DNA from: PVC group bacterium
GTDB taxonomy: Bacteria > Auribacterota > Erginobacteria > Erginobacterales > Erginobacteraceae
Length of the DNA stretch: 64,000 nucleotides
Assembly: GCA_040773245.1 (NCBI GenBank)
Contig: JAXGWO010000012.1
Coordinates: 5,292-69,291, forward strand
Direction of reading: 5' to 3'
Below the pieces are notes generated by a model that saw only the letters and a program-made list of their open reading frames with translations, did no database searches and was not told where the DNA came from. Numbering within the stretch: position 1 is the stretch's first letter; the number at the start of each line of letters is the position of its first letter. A program made the position numbers and the translations under genes. Below are positions 28,059 to 36,958 of this stretch, one piece after another.

Positions 28059-29549
28059 CTAACGGCCGAAGTGCCGGGTCATCCCGGCCAGCCGGTCGGC
28101 CAGTTCTCCGGTCAGCACCCCCGGAAGGCAGCGCCACTCCCACTGCCCGGCCGACTGTCCGGGGGCGTTCATCCTCGCCTCGCCCCCCAGCCCCAGGATG
28201 TCCTGGAGGGGGATGATGGTGAGGTCGGCGGCCGAGGCCAGCGCCCGCTTGATGAACTGCCAGTTGATCTCTTCCTGTCCGTCCTGGAAATAGTCGTGGA
28301 CGGATTTCTTCTCCTCCGGGTCGAGAGAAGAGAACCAGCCGACGGTGGTGTCGGTGTCGTGGGTCCCGGTGTAGGCCACCGAGTTGTAGGGGTAGAACTC
28401 GGGCCGGTGGGGGGAACCTTTCTTCCCCCGGAAGGCGAATTGGAGGACCCGGGTGGAGGAGAACTCCAGCAGCTCGAGGATCGCCTTGGCCTCCTCGAAG
28501 TGGACCGGCTCCAGGGCCTCGGCGATGATCGGCAGCGTCCCCAGCTTCTTCTCCAGCAGGCCGAAGAGCGAAGCCCCGGGGCCGTAAAACCACTGCCCCT
28601 CGGCCGAGCTGGCGGCATCGGTGGGGATGTGCCAGGCGACCACGAACCCGGAGAAGTGATCGACCCGGATCACGTCCACCATCTCGAGCACGGTCTTAAA
28701 CCGTCTCGTCCACCAGCCGAACCCGTCCTCCGACATCGCCACCCAGTCGTAGATGGGGTTGCCCCAGATCTGGCTGACCCCGGAGTGTCCGGTCATCGGG
28801 ACCCCGCCCAGGGCCCGCCGCTTGCCCTTCTCGTCGAGGAGAAAGAGTCGGCGGTTGGCCCAGACATCGGCGCTGTCGTAGCTGACCGGGAAGGGGATGT
28901 CCCCGATGATCTTCACCCCCCGCTCGTTGCAGTATCCGCGCAGCTTCTTCCACTGGCGGAAGAAGAGGAACTCGGCGAACTTGGTCTCCTCGATCCGGTC
29001 CGCCAGTTTCTTCGCCCATTTTTTTACCGCCGGCTCCCGGCGGAAGGCGATCTCCTTCGGCCACTCGTACCAGGGGGCGCCCCGGAAGTGGTCCTTGACC
29101 GCCTTGTAGAGGGCGTAATTCTCCAACCACGGGTTGTGCTCGACCTGAAAATCGGCGAAATTCTTCCTCCGGCGCTCCGAGGCTTCCTCCCGGAAGCGGC
29201 GCCAGGCCTTCTCCACCGCCTCCCGCTTCAGCCGGATCGCCTCGGGATAGGCCGCCCGGTCGGGGGGAAAACCCTCCCCGGGGGGGACTTCCTCCGGGGA
29301 GAGGAACCCCTCTTCGGCCAGCCGCTCGAGGCTGATCAGGGAGGGGGCGCCGGCGAAGGCCGAGGGGCTGGAGTAGGGGGAGTTGCCGTAGCCGATCGGG
29401 GTGATCGGCAGGACCTCCCAGAACCGTTGGCCGGCGTCCACCAGCCAGTCGACGAACTCGAACGCCTCCCGCCCCAGGGACCCGATCCCGTGGGGTCCGG
29501 GCAGGGAAGTGATGTGGAGGAGGACCCCCGATCCGCGTCTGAATTTCAT
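28059..29549 (-). CDS. malQ: 4-alpha-glucanotransferase (amylomaltase, GH77)
   Basis: [48 protein letters not shown]. Confidence 0.9.
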   Translation of the reverse strand: MKFRRGSGVLLHITSLPGPHGIGSLGREAFEFVDWLVDAGQRFWEVLPITPIGYGNSPYSSPSAFAGAPSLISLERLAEEGFLSPEEVPPGEGFPPDRAAYPEAIRLKREAVEKAWRRFREEASERRRKNFADFQVEHNPWLENYALYKAVKDHFRGAPWYEWPKEIAFRREPAVKKWAKKLADRIEETKFAEFLFFRQWKKLRGYCNERGVKIIGDIPFPVSYDSADVWANRRLFLLDEKGKRRALGGVPMTGHSGVSQIWGNPIYDWVAMSEDGFGWWTRRFKTVLEMVDVIRVDHFSGFVVAWHIPTDAASSAEGQWFYGPGASLFGLLEKKLGTLPIIAEALEPVHFEEAKAILELLEFSSTRVLQFAFRGKKGSPHRPEFYPYNSVAYTGTHDTDTTVGWFSSLDPEEKKSVHDYFQDGQEEINWQFIKRALASAADLTIIPLQDILGLGGEARMNAPGQSAGQWEWRCLPGVLTGELADRLAGMTRHFGR

Positions 29550-29666
29550 ATCATCCTATTCCTGGCCGCCGGATAAAGGCCGGCCCGATTTCGGCTTGCC
29601 ACCCGAAGATACTACTCGAAACGGACGAAAATCAATATGCTTTTGCTCGGGTCAAGCACTTACATT

Positions 29667-29702
29667 AAAAAATCTTCCCCTCGGGAGAGGGGAAGATTTT
29701 TT
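29667..29702. terminator. Intrinsic terminator downstream of tRNA-Phe
   Basis: AAAAAATCTTCCCCTC-GGGA-GAGGGGAAGATTTTTT perfect hairpin with A/T tails. Confidence 0.85.
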
Positions 29703-29704
29703 AA

Positions 29705-29777
<73 letters not shown>

Positions 29778-29835
29778 TTGATCCGATTTCCCTGCGCAAA
29801 TCGAAGATGGTCGTCCGGGAAGTTACGGTCGCACT

Positions 29836-29863
29836 ACTATACTGATTCCGATCTCCGTGGCAA
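29836..29863 (-). promoter_or_regulatory. Probable sigma70 promoter of tRNA-Phe
   Basis: TTGCCA-16 nt-TATAGT on the minus strand. Confidence 0.55.
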
Positions 29864-29873
29864 GCGAATTGTG

Positions 29874-30108
29874 CGCCGGGACGGCGAAACCCTGAGGGAC
29901 TTCCTCGAGGTCACCGGCTTTAAGAAGCTCAACGACGTCACCCCCCGCGGGGTCGAGAAGTTCAAGCACGACCGGCTGAAGAAGGCCAGCAAGCGGACCG
30001 TCAACCTCGAGGTCACGATGGCCAAGGCGATGTTCAACAAGCTGGTCGAGCTGGGGGTCATCCCCGAGAACCCGATCAAGGCCGTCAAGAAGATCCGGGA
30101 CCCGGAGT
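29874..30108 (+). pseudogene. Tyrosine integrase fragment (core-binding/SAM-like domain)
   Basis: LNDVTPRGVEKFKHDRLKKASKRTVNLEVTMAKAMFNKLVELGVIPENP resembles phage-integrase N-terminal domains; no proper start and no catalytic domain. Confidence 0.7.
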
Positions 30109-30263
30109 CAATATGCCACGGAGGAACGATGTTTTTTGGAATTATTTCCCCGTTCCGATCACGTCCGCCCCCCCCGGCGGCGATGTGTAAATAACTCAGG
30201 GTTGGCTCCTCCCCCGCGCTTTTCCTACTATTCTCCGCCTGCTTGGTGTTATTCTGTTTCCGT

Positions 30264-31487
30264 ATGAAGAATATCCTGATCTTTAACTGCGGGAGTTCAT
30301 CTTTGACCTGCAAGGCGTTCTCCACGGACGGATCGGGGAGGATCGAACCGATTTTAGCCGCAAAAGCCCACCGGGTCGGAGTGCAGGGCAGCGATCCTTC
30401 TTTCATCGAGTATCGGTTCTCGGGCAAGCTGACAGTGGATCGCCAGCCGGTCAATACTCACTCCGAAGCCGCCGGCCGTGTCGCGGGTTTTATCCGGGAA
30501 AATAACATCACAATCGATTGTCTGGGACATCGGTTCGCCCACGGAGGAAGCTTATTCCGGAATTCGGTCTGGCTTGATCCTGAAGTCAGGGAGGGACTCC
30601 GCCGCTGTCTCCACCTGGCGCCGATTCACAACCCGTTTTCCCTGAGCGTGATCACCACCAGCGACCATTCTTTCCCCGGGTTGCCCCAGTATGTTTCCTT
30701 CGATACGGCTTTCCACGCCGATCTGCCCGGGCCCGCCTACACCTATGCCCTGCCCCGAGCGCTGCTCGCTCAATTCGGATTTCGCAAATATGGTTTCCAC
30801 GGACTCTCGTATCAGCACGTGGTCGAAGAGACGTTTCGTTTGAGAGCAACCGGAGACAAAGAGACGAAAATCATCGCCTGCCACCTCGGTACCGGCGGCG
30901 CCAGCGTGGCGGCCATCCGGGACGGCTGTTCCGTCGACACCTCGATGGGCTACTCTCCCCTGCCGGGGTTGATTATGAGCACCCGCTGCGGGGATATCGA
31001 TCCGATGCTAACGGTTTATTTAATGACCGTATATGGTTACGGACTGGATCAGCTGGAGCAAATAATGAACAAACGGAGCGGGTTGCTGGGGGTGAGCAAC
31101 TTCTCCAGCGATATCCGGGACCTGATCAGCCGGTTCGGCGGATCGGAAGGGCCGGCGGCCCGGCTCGCCTTCGAGATGTACATCGATCGTCTGAAAAAAT
31201 ACATCGGGAGCTACGCGGTGGTGCTGGGAGGAACGGATGTCCTGGTGTTTACGGATGATATCGGGGTGCGCAACCCCCTGGTGCGGGAGAAAGTATGCGC
31301 GGGGATGGAATGGCTGGGGATAAAACTCGACCCGGAACGAAACCGGGCGGCTGACCCCGCGGCGGCATTTCACTGCGGCGCCGAAGATTCCCGGGTGGAT
31401 ATTCTCGTCATCCCTCCGGAAGAGGAATTGATCATCTGCCGGGAAGGACTGAAATTAATGGGAGGCGGCAATGATCGCGTTGTTTGA
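30264..31487 (+). CDS. ackA: Acetate kinase family protein, Entamoeba-like (candidate PPi-dependent)
   Basis: NCGSSS, GHRFAHGG, LAPIHNP, FDTAFH, YGFHG, HLGTGG, DTSMG, TRCGDIDP, EEE; start ATG 30264. Confidence 0.9.
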   Translation: MKNILIFNCGSSSLTCKAFSTDGSGRIEPILAAKAHRVGVQGSDPSFIEYRFSGKLTVDRQPVNTHSEAAGRVAGFIRENNITIDCLGHRFAHGGSLFRNSVWLDPEVREGLRRCLHLAPIHNPFSLSVITTSDHSFPGLPQYVSFDTAFHADLPGPAYTYALPRALLAQFGFRKYGFHGLSYQHVVEETFRLRATGDKETKIIACHLGTGGASVAAIRDGCSVDTSMGYSPLPGLIMSTRCGDIDPMLTVYLMTVYGYGLDQLEQIMNKRSGLLGVSNFSSDIRDLISRFGGSEGPAARLAFEMYIDRLKKYIGSYAVVLGGTDVLVFTDDIGVRNPLVREKVCAGMEWLGIKLDPERNRAADPAAAFHCGAEDSRVDILVIPPEEELIICREGLKLMGGGNDRVV

Positions 31488-32532
31488 TCCCGCTCCTCCC
31501 GCTCTGAGATGGTGCCGGATAACGGGGGGAGAGCGCATTGAGGGATCCTGTCCTTTCGGATCGAACTGGTCTCGAGAAATGGATCAACAGTTTCCCGATC
31601 TGAACCGGGCGGAGGTGATCGGCTACAAGCTCTACCACGGGGGCGGGGAGTTCAGGGATACGGTTTCCCGGATTGACCGCCGCACTCCCTCTCGATTGTC
31701 CCGTTGCCTCGGCTGGTTGCCGGAATATAATGACATTACCGCAAAAGTCGTCCGTTATGGGATGGGATGGTCCCCGGCGCCGCAGGTATTGTTTTGCGAC
31801 ACCGCCTTTTTCGCCGAACTTCCGGAACACGTCAGCGCCTATGCCTTGCCTCTGGAGTTGCGGAAAAACGGGATCCGCAAATACGGGGGGCACGGCGTGG
31901 GACATTCCTGGTCCTGGCGGGAAACGCAGCGTTTCTTCCCGGGGGAAGCGGAGCGGGTGATCAGCGTCTATCTGGGAAATAATACCAGCGCGGCGGCTAT
32001 CCTGAACGGCCGGGCGGTGGAGACCAGCATCGGTTTCACCCCGGCGGAAGGAATGCCGACGGCCACCGGCTGCGGCAGCATTGATCCGACCATTATCTTT
32101 CAACTCCGGTCGGCGGGATTCTCCTTCGAAGAAATCAACCGGCTGCTCACCCGGGAAAGCGGCTTTACCGGGCTGCGGGGAAGTCATTGCTCGCTCTCCG
32201 ATCTGCTGGCGGGCCTGTCCGATCCGGAACTCGCGCCGATTTATGCCCTATACCGCTATCGGCTGATGAAGTATATCGGAGCGTTCATTTCACCCCTGGG
32301 CGGCGTTGACGCGATTGTTTTTTTCAGCGAGATGATGGAGACTGCTCGTGATCTGGTCATTGATATCTGCCGGGACCTGGTTTTTCTCGGCGTCTCGCCC
32401 GCCGCCGCGCCCGGGACAAAAAACGGAGAGATGCTTTTTACCGGGGAGGATTCCCGGGTCCGGGTATTGGGTCTGTCCTACAACGGATGGTCGGTAATGG
32501 CCCGGGAGGCGGCCCGGATCGGCCGGGGATGA
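31471..32532 (+). CDS. Degenerate acetate-kinase paralog (probable pseudokinase)
   Basis: Keeps HGG, DTAF, YALP, KYGGHG, TSIGFTP, GSIDP, ESG, LGGVDAIVF; lacks NxGSSS, both catalytic Arg residues and the C-terminal Glu. Confidence 0.8.
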   Translation: MIALFDPAPPALRWCRITGGERIEGSCPFGSNWSREMDQQFPDLNRAEVIGYKLYHGGGEFRDTVSRIDRRTPSRLSRCLGWLPEYNDITAKVVRYGMGWSPAPQVLFCDTAFFAELPEHVSAYALPLELRKNGIRKYGGHGVGHSWSWRETQRFFPGEAERVISVYLGNNTSAAAILNGRAVETSIGFTPAEGMPTATGCGSIDPTIIFQLRSAGFSFEEINRLLTRESGFTGLRGSHCSLSDLLAGLSDPELAPIYALYRYRLMKYIGAFISPLGGVDAIVFFSEMMETARDLVIDICRDLVFLGVSPAAAPGTKNGEMLFTGEDSRVRVLGLSYNGWSVMAREAARIGRG

Positions 32533-32572
32533 TTTCGCGGGAGTGATAAATATTTCAGCCAAGGAGGAAATA

Positions 32573-33367
32573 ATGACCGAGGAAAAAAGTTTTTTGATGG
32601 ATGTCGGGTTGAGTTCCCTGCCGTTCCCGATTCGGGTTCCTTCCCGAAACAATCCCGATGGACAATACACCATCGCCGAGATCTCGATTCAGGCCCGGAT
32701 TATGCAGGAATTCGAGGCCCGGTGGATCGATAAATTCATTCAGATCATCCACCGTCACCGGGATCGAATCGGCGCCGATACGATTCGAACCAACATCGTG
32801 GATTATCTGGCCGAATTGAAGGCGTCTATGGTCCGGACCGAATTTCAGTATCCCTTCTTCGTGGAAAAGTTGACCCCGATCTCCCGGGAGAAATGCCTGG
32901 TTAAATACCAGTGCTCTTATTCCGCCAAGACCACCGCTTCGGACCACAAGGCGATGATCGCCTTTCGGATAGACATCCCGATCATTACCACCTATCCCGG
33001 CTCGGTTATTCAGGAACTGGGAGGCTTATTCGGTCAGCTCAGCGTGGTCAGCCTGGAGATTCATTCCCGGGAAGATATGTTTCCCGAAGATCTGGTTGAA
33101 ATGGTTGACCGCCACGCCCTGGCTCCGGTTTATTCCTTTCTGACTCCGGATGATCAGGCCGGTGTCATCAAGACAATTCATTCCAGCTCAAAATCCTCGG
33201 TCACCGTCACCGACGGAATAAAAGACGAACTCGCCAGCAACCCGAGTATCGACTGGTACGCCGTGCGGTGCGTTAATCACGGGATGCTCCATCCATATAC
33301 CACGGTCATCGGGACCGAAAAAAGTATGTGGGTTCCCTTTAGCGGCTATGAAGCCGGAGAGATTTAA
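32573..33367 (+). CDS. GTP cyclohydrolase FolE2/MptA-like T-fold protein lacking catalytic residues
   Basis: DVGLSSLPFPI, YPFFVEKLTP, VKYQC, EDLVE, PVYSFL...D, WYAV.C.N...LH align with FolE2; AAGGAGG RBS. Confidence 0.75.
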   Translation: MTEEKSFLMDVGLSSLPFPIRVPSRNNPDGQYTIAEISIQARIMQEFEARWIDKFIQIIHRHRDRIGADTIRTNIVDYLAELKASMVRTEFQYPFFVEKLTPISREKCLVKYQCSYSAKTTASDHKAMIAFRIDIPIITTYPGSVIQELGGLFGQLSVVSLEIHSREDMFPEDLVEMVDRHALAPVYSFLTPDDQAGVIKTIHSSSKSSVTVTDGIKDELASNPSIDWYAVRCVNHGMLHPYTTVIGTEKSMWVPFSGYEAGEI

Positions 33368-33634
33368 TTGATAAGAAATTGCTTTCCGCTGGTTTCCTCG
33401 GTTTCCCCGGTCAAGAGGTGGAACGAGGTTGCGGCTGTGATTATCGCGGTAAGCCGCCCCAAGAATCCGTAACGGAAACCTGCAGGGAAGAGGACGGAGC
33501 TCCGCCCCGGGCTTTCTTCCCTGGCGTATCTTTTCCTTGCCGGAAGATTTTTGCCGGTTTGTCACAAATCGGTGCTTCCGGTCGGGGAGAACTCCCATCT
33601 GAAAATTGCCGATTCGAGGTCCGAGGGGAGGGGA

Positions 33635-34447
33635 ATGATGAAAATATCGGGAGGAAACATCTGGACGGCCGTGGAGAAAATCCGCCGCTCCGCGCCGCTG
33701 GTCCACAACATCACCAACTACGTGGTGATGAACACCACGGCCAACGCCCTGCTCGCCCTGGGCGCCTCCCCGGTGATGGCCCACGCCGAAGAAGAGGTGC
33801 GCGATATGGTCGGACTGGCCGGGGCCCTGGTCGTCAACCTGGGGACGATCAGCGCTCCCTGGGTCCGTTCGGCGGAGCTGGCGATGGAAGAAGCGGCCGC
33901 GCGCCGGGTCCCCGTGGTCTTCGACCCGGTCGGCGCCGGCGCCACCCCTTACCGGACCGACACCTTCCGCCGGCTGGTCTCCGCCCGCCCGCCGGCCGTC
34001 ATCCGGGGCAACCCCTCGGAGATTATGGCGCTGGCCGGCGGTCCGGCCGGGACCAAGGGGGTGGACAGCACCGAGCGGGCCCCGAGCGCCCTGTCCGCGG
34101 CCGCCGGCCTGGCCCGGGAACTGGGCGTCGCGGTCTGCGTCAGCGGCGAGATTGATTACATCGTCGGGGGCGGGAGAACCCTGCGGATCGGAAACGGCCA
34201 TCCCCTGATGACCCGGGTGACCGGCCTGGGCTGCACGGCCTCGGCTCTCTGCGGGGCTTTCGCCGCGGTGGAACCCGATCCAATCTTCGCCGCCGCCGCC
34301 GCGATGGCCGTCCTCGGCATCGCCGCCGAAACGGCGGCGGAAGGGGCGGCCGGCCCCGGATCCCTCCAGTACCGCCTGCTCGACGCGCTTTACCGGCTCG
34401 ACGGGGAGACGATCCGCCGCCGGCTGAAGGCCGGGGAGGGGGAGTGA
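33635..34447 (+). CDS. thiM: Hydroxyethylthiazole kinase
   Basis: PLVHNITNYV, LALGASPVMA, NLGT, DPVGAGAT, RGNPSEI, VTGLGC. Confidence 0.95.
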   Translation: MMKISGGNIWTAVEKIRRSAPLVHNITNYVVMNTTANALLALGASPVMAHAEEEVRDMVGLAGALVVNLGTISAPWVRSAELAMEEAAARRVPVVFDPVGAGATPYRTDTFRRLVSARPPAVIRGNPSEIMALAGGPAGTKGVDSTERAPSALSAAAGLARELGVAVCVSGEIDYIVGGGRTLRIGNGHPLMTRVTGLGCTASALCGAFAAVEPDPIFAAAAAMAVLGIAAETAAEGAAGPGSLQYRLLDALYRLDGETIRRRLKAGEGE

Positions 34448-35073
34448 AAGGTTTATACCTGGTTGCCGACCCCGCCGCCTGCGCCGGGCGGCCGCTCGAT
34501 CGGGTCGTCCGGGAAGCGGCCGCGGGCGGCGCCTCCTGGGTCCAGCTGAGAGAAAAGCGGGCCTCGACGCGGGCCTTCGTCGAGGCGGCGCGCGTCCTCC
34601 AAGAGATCCTGGATCCTCTCGGGGTGCCCCTGATCATCAACGACCGGGTTGACGTGGCCCTCGCCGTCGGCGCCGCCGGCGTCCACCTGGGCCAGGCCGA
34701 TCTGCCCTCCCGGATTGCCCGGGAGCTGCTGGGCACGGAGGCCCTGGTCGGGCTCTCGGTGGAGACCTGGGAGGACGCGGAAGCGGCCCAGGAACTGGAG
34801 GTGGATTACCTGGGGGTCAGCCCGATCTTCCCCACCCCGACCAAGACCGACACCCGTGGTGCCTGGGGTCTCGAGGGTCTGGCCCGGCTGCGCGCTTTCT
34901 CCCGCCACCGGTTGGTCGCCATCGGCGGGCTCAACGCCGCCAACGCGGCGGCGGCGATCCGGGCGGGCGCCGACGCGGTCGCCGTTGTCTCCGCGGTCTG
35001 TTCGGCGCCGGACCCCGGCCGGGCCGCCCGGGAACTGAGCGGGATCATCGCGGCCGCCGGTCGGGGGAGATGA
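34444..35073 (+). CDS. thiE: Thiamine-phosphate synthase
   Basis: LYLV, VQLREK, IINDRVDVA, GVHLGQ, PTPTK, VAIGG. Confidence 0.95.
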   Translation: MKGLYLVADPAACAGRPLDRVVREAAAGGASWVQLREKRASTRAFVEAARVLQEILDPLGVPLIINDRVDVALAVGAAGVHLGQADLPSRIARELLGTEALVGLSVETWEDAEAAQELEVDYLGVSPIFPTPTKTDTRGAWGLEGLARLRAFSRHRLVAIGGLNAANAAAAIRAGADAVAVVSAVCSAPDPGRAARELSGIIAAAGRGR

Positions 35074-36194
35074 ATGCCTTTGAACTGATCGAGGAGGCGG
35101 AGCGGGGAACCGTTCTCGACCGGGGGGAGATCGCGGCCCTTCTGAGCGCCCGGGAGGCCGGGGTGCGGGAGGCACTCTTGGCCGCGGCCTACCGGGTCAA
35201 GACGGCCGAGGTCGGTCCCCGGGTCTTCCTCCGGGGGATCATCGAGTTCTCCAATGTCTGTTCCCGGGATTGTTATTATTGCGGGATCCGGCGTTCCAAC
35301 CCCGCCCCGGAGCGTTTCCGGATGGCGGCCGAGGAGATCCTGGCCGCGGCCCGCCGGGCCGACGGGAACGGCTACGGGTCGATCGTCCTCCAGTCCGGGG
35401 AAGTCCGCAGCGGGGAGTTCACGGAGTTCGTCGAGAAGCTGCTGCTCCGGATCAAGGAGGTTTCCGGCGGGCGGCTGGGAATCACCCTCTCCCTGGGGGA
35501 GCAGGACGCCGGGACCTGCCGCCGGTGGTTCGCCGCCGGGGCCCACCGCTACCTGCTCCGGATCGAGACCTCGGACCCGGAGCTCTACCGGACCCTCCAT
35601 CCGCCGGATCACCGTTTCGAGAACCGGGTCGAGTGCCTGAAGCTCCTTCGCCGGGGGGGGTGGCAGGTCGGGACCGGGGTGATGATCGGACTGCCGGGGC
35701 AGACCCCGGAGAGTTTGGCCGCCGACCTCCTCTTCTTCCGGGACCTGGATATCGATATGCTGGGGATGGGGCCCTACATCCCCCATTCCGCGACCCCGCT
35801 GGCCGCGGAGTTCGGGGAGTGGAACAGTGCGGCCCGGCGCCGCCAACTGGAACTCGGTTTGCGGATGATCGCGCTGGCCCGGCTGGTCCTGCGGGACGTG
35901 AACATCGCCGCCACCACCGCGCTCCAGACCCTCGACCCCCGGGGCCGGGAGCTGGGGCTGTCCGCCGGGGCCAATGTCATTATGCCCAACATCACCCCGA
36001 CCCGCTATCGGACCGCCTACCAGCTTTACGACGGCAAGCCCTGCCTGGACGAGACCGGCGCCGCCGGCTGGAGCGGTCTGGAAGAACGGGTGAAGAGCCT
36101 GGGGGAAACCATCGGCTTCGGCCAGTGGGGCGACTCCCCCCATTTCCGTCGCCGGACGGCGCCGCCAGCGCCCCGGGGAGGGGAGGTCAGCTGA
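35070..36194 (+). CDS. hydE: [FeFe]-hydrogenase maturase HydE-like radical SAM protein
   Basis: RGIIEFSNVCSRDCYYC, LQSGE, RYLLRIET, GVMIGLPGQ, GANVIMPN, YQLYDGK. Confidence 0.85.
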   Translation: MNAFELIEEAERGTVLDRGEIAALLSAREAGVREALLAAAYRVKTAEVGPRVFLRGIIEFSNVCSRDCYYCGIRRSNPAPERFRMAAEEILAAARRADGNGYGSIVLQSGEVRSGEFTEFVEKLLLRIKEVSGGRLGITLSLGEQDAGTCRRWFAAGAHRYLLRIETSDPELYRTLHPPDHRFENRVECLKLLRRGGWQVGTGVMIGLPGQTPESLAADLLFFRDLDIDMLGMGPYIPHSATPLAAEFGEWNSAARRRQLELGLRMIALARLVLRDVNIAATTALQTLDPRGRELGLSAGANVIMPNITPTRYRTAYQLYDGKPCLDETGAAGWSGLEERVKSLGETIGFGQWGDSPHFRRRTAPPAPRGGEVS

Positions 36195-36948
36195 TCGCGC
36201 CCTCGATGTAGCTCCGGGTCAGGTCCCGGCGGGGGGAGGAGAAGAACTCCGCCGCCGGGGCGGCCTCGATCAGCTCCCCCAGGTAGAGGAAGACCACGTA
36301 ATCGGCCAGCCGCCGGGCCTGGCGGAGGATGTGGGTGACGATCACGATCGTGTAGTCCTGCTTCAGCTCGAGGAACCTCTCCTCGATCGCCCGGCTGGAG
36401 GCGGGGTCGAGCGCCGAGGTCGGCTCGTCGCCGAGGATGATCTCCGGCTCCACCGCCAGCCCCCGGGCCAGGCAGAGCCGCTGCCGCTGGCCGACCGAGA
36501 GCCGGGAGGCCGGGGCGTGGAGCTTCCCCTTCACCTCCTCCCAGAGCTGGGCTTCCCTCAGCCGCCGCTCGACGATCTCCTTCAGGCGGCGCCGGTCCCG
36601 GACCCCGTGGATCCGGGGGCCGTAGGCGACGTTCTCGAAGATCGACATCGGCAGGACGAAGGGGGTCTGGGAGAGCAGGCCCATCTTCTTCCGGATCGCC
36701 GTCACCTCGACCCCCGGCCGGTGGATATCCTCCCCGTCCACCTCGATCTTCCCCGAGACGGCGGTTCCCTCGACCAGTTCCAGCATCCGGTTGAAGGTCT
36801 TCAGCAGTGTCGACTTCCCGCAGCCGGAGGGCCCGATGATGGCGGTGATCTTCCGGGCCGGGATGGCAAGGTTGATATCCTTCAGGGCCTGTTCCCGGCC
36901 GTAAAAGACGTTGAGGTTCTTGACCTGGATATGGGTTTCGCTCGGCAT
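36187..36948 (-). CDS. pstB: Phosphate ABC transporter ATP-binding protein
   Basis: GPSGCGKST, SIFENVAYG, LSVGQRQRL, DEPTSALDP, IVTH. Confidence 0.9.
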   Translation of the reverse strand: MPSETHIQVKNLNVFYGREQALKDINLAIPARKITAIIGPSGCGKSTLLKTFNRMLELVEGTAVSGKIEVDGEDIHRPGVEVTAIRKKMGLLSQTPFVLPMSIFENVAYGPRIHGVRDRRRLKEIVERRLREAQLWEEVKGKLHAPASRLSVGQRQRLCLARGLAVEPEIILGDEPTSALDPASSRAIEERFLELKQDYTIVIVTHILRQARRLADYVVFLYLGELIEAAPAAEFFSSPRRDLTRSYIEGAIS

Positions 36949-36958
36949 CGGTCTCACC

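Noticed and set aside
29780-30260. att direct repeat of a tRNA 3' end marking an intact integrative element
   Set aside because: No duplicate of the tRNA-Val or tRNA-Phe 3' end seen, and the integrase is only a fragment
33370-33634. Expected TPP riboswitch upstream of thiM
   Set aside because: No CTGAGA or ACCTGAT...AATNCNNGCGNAGG core found by eye; an Rfam RF00059 scan would settle it
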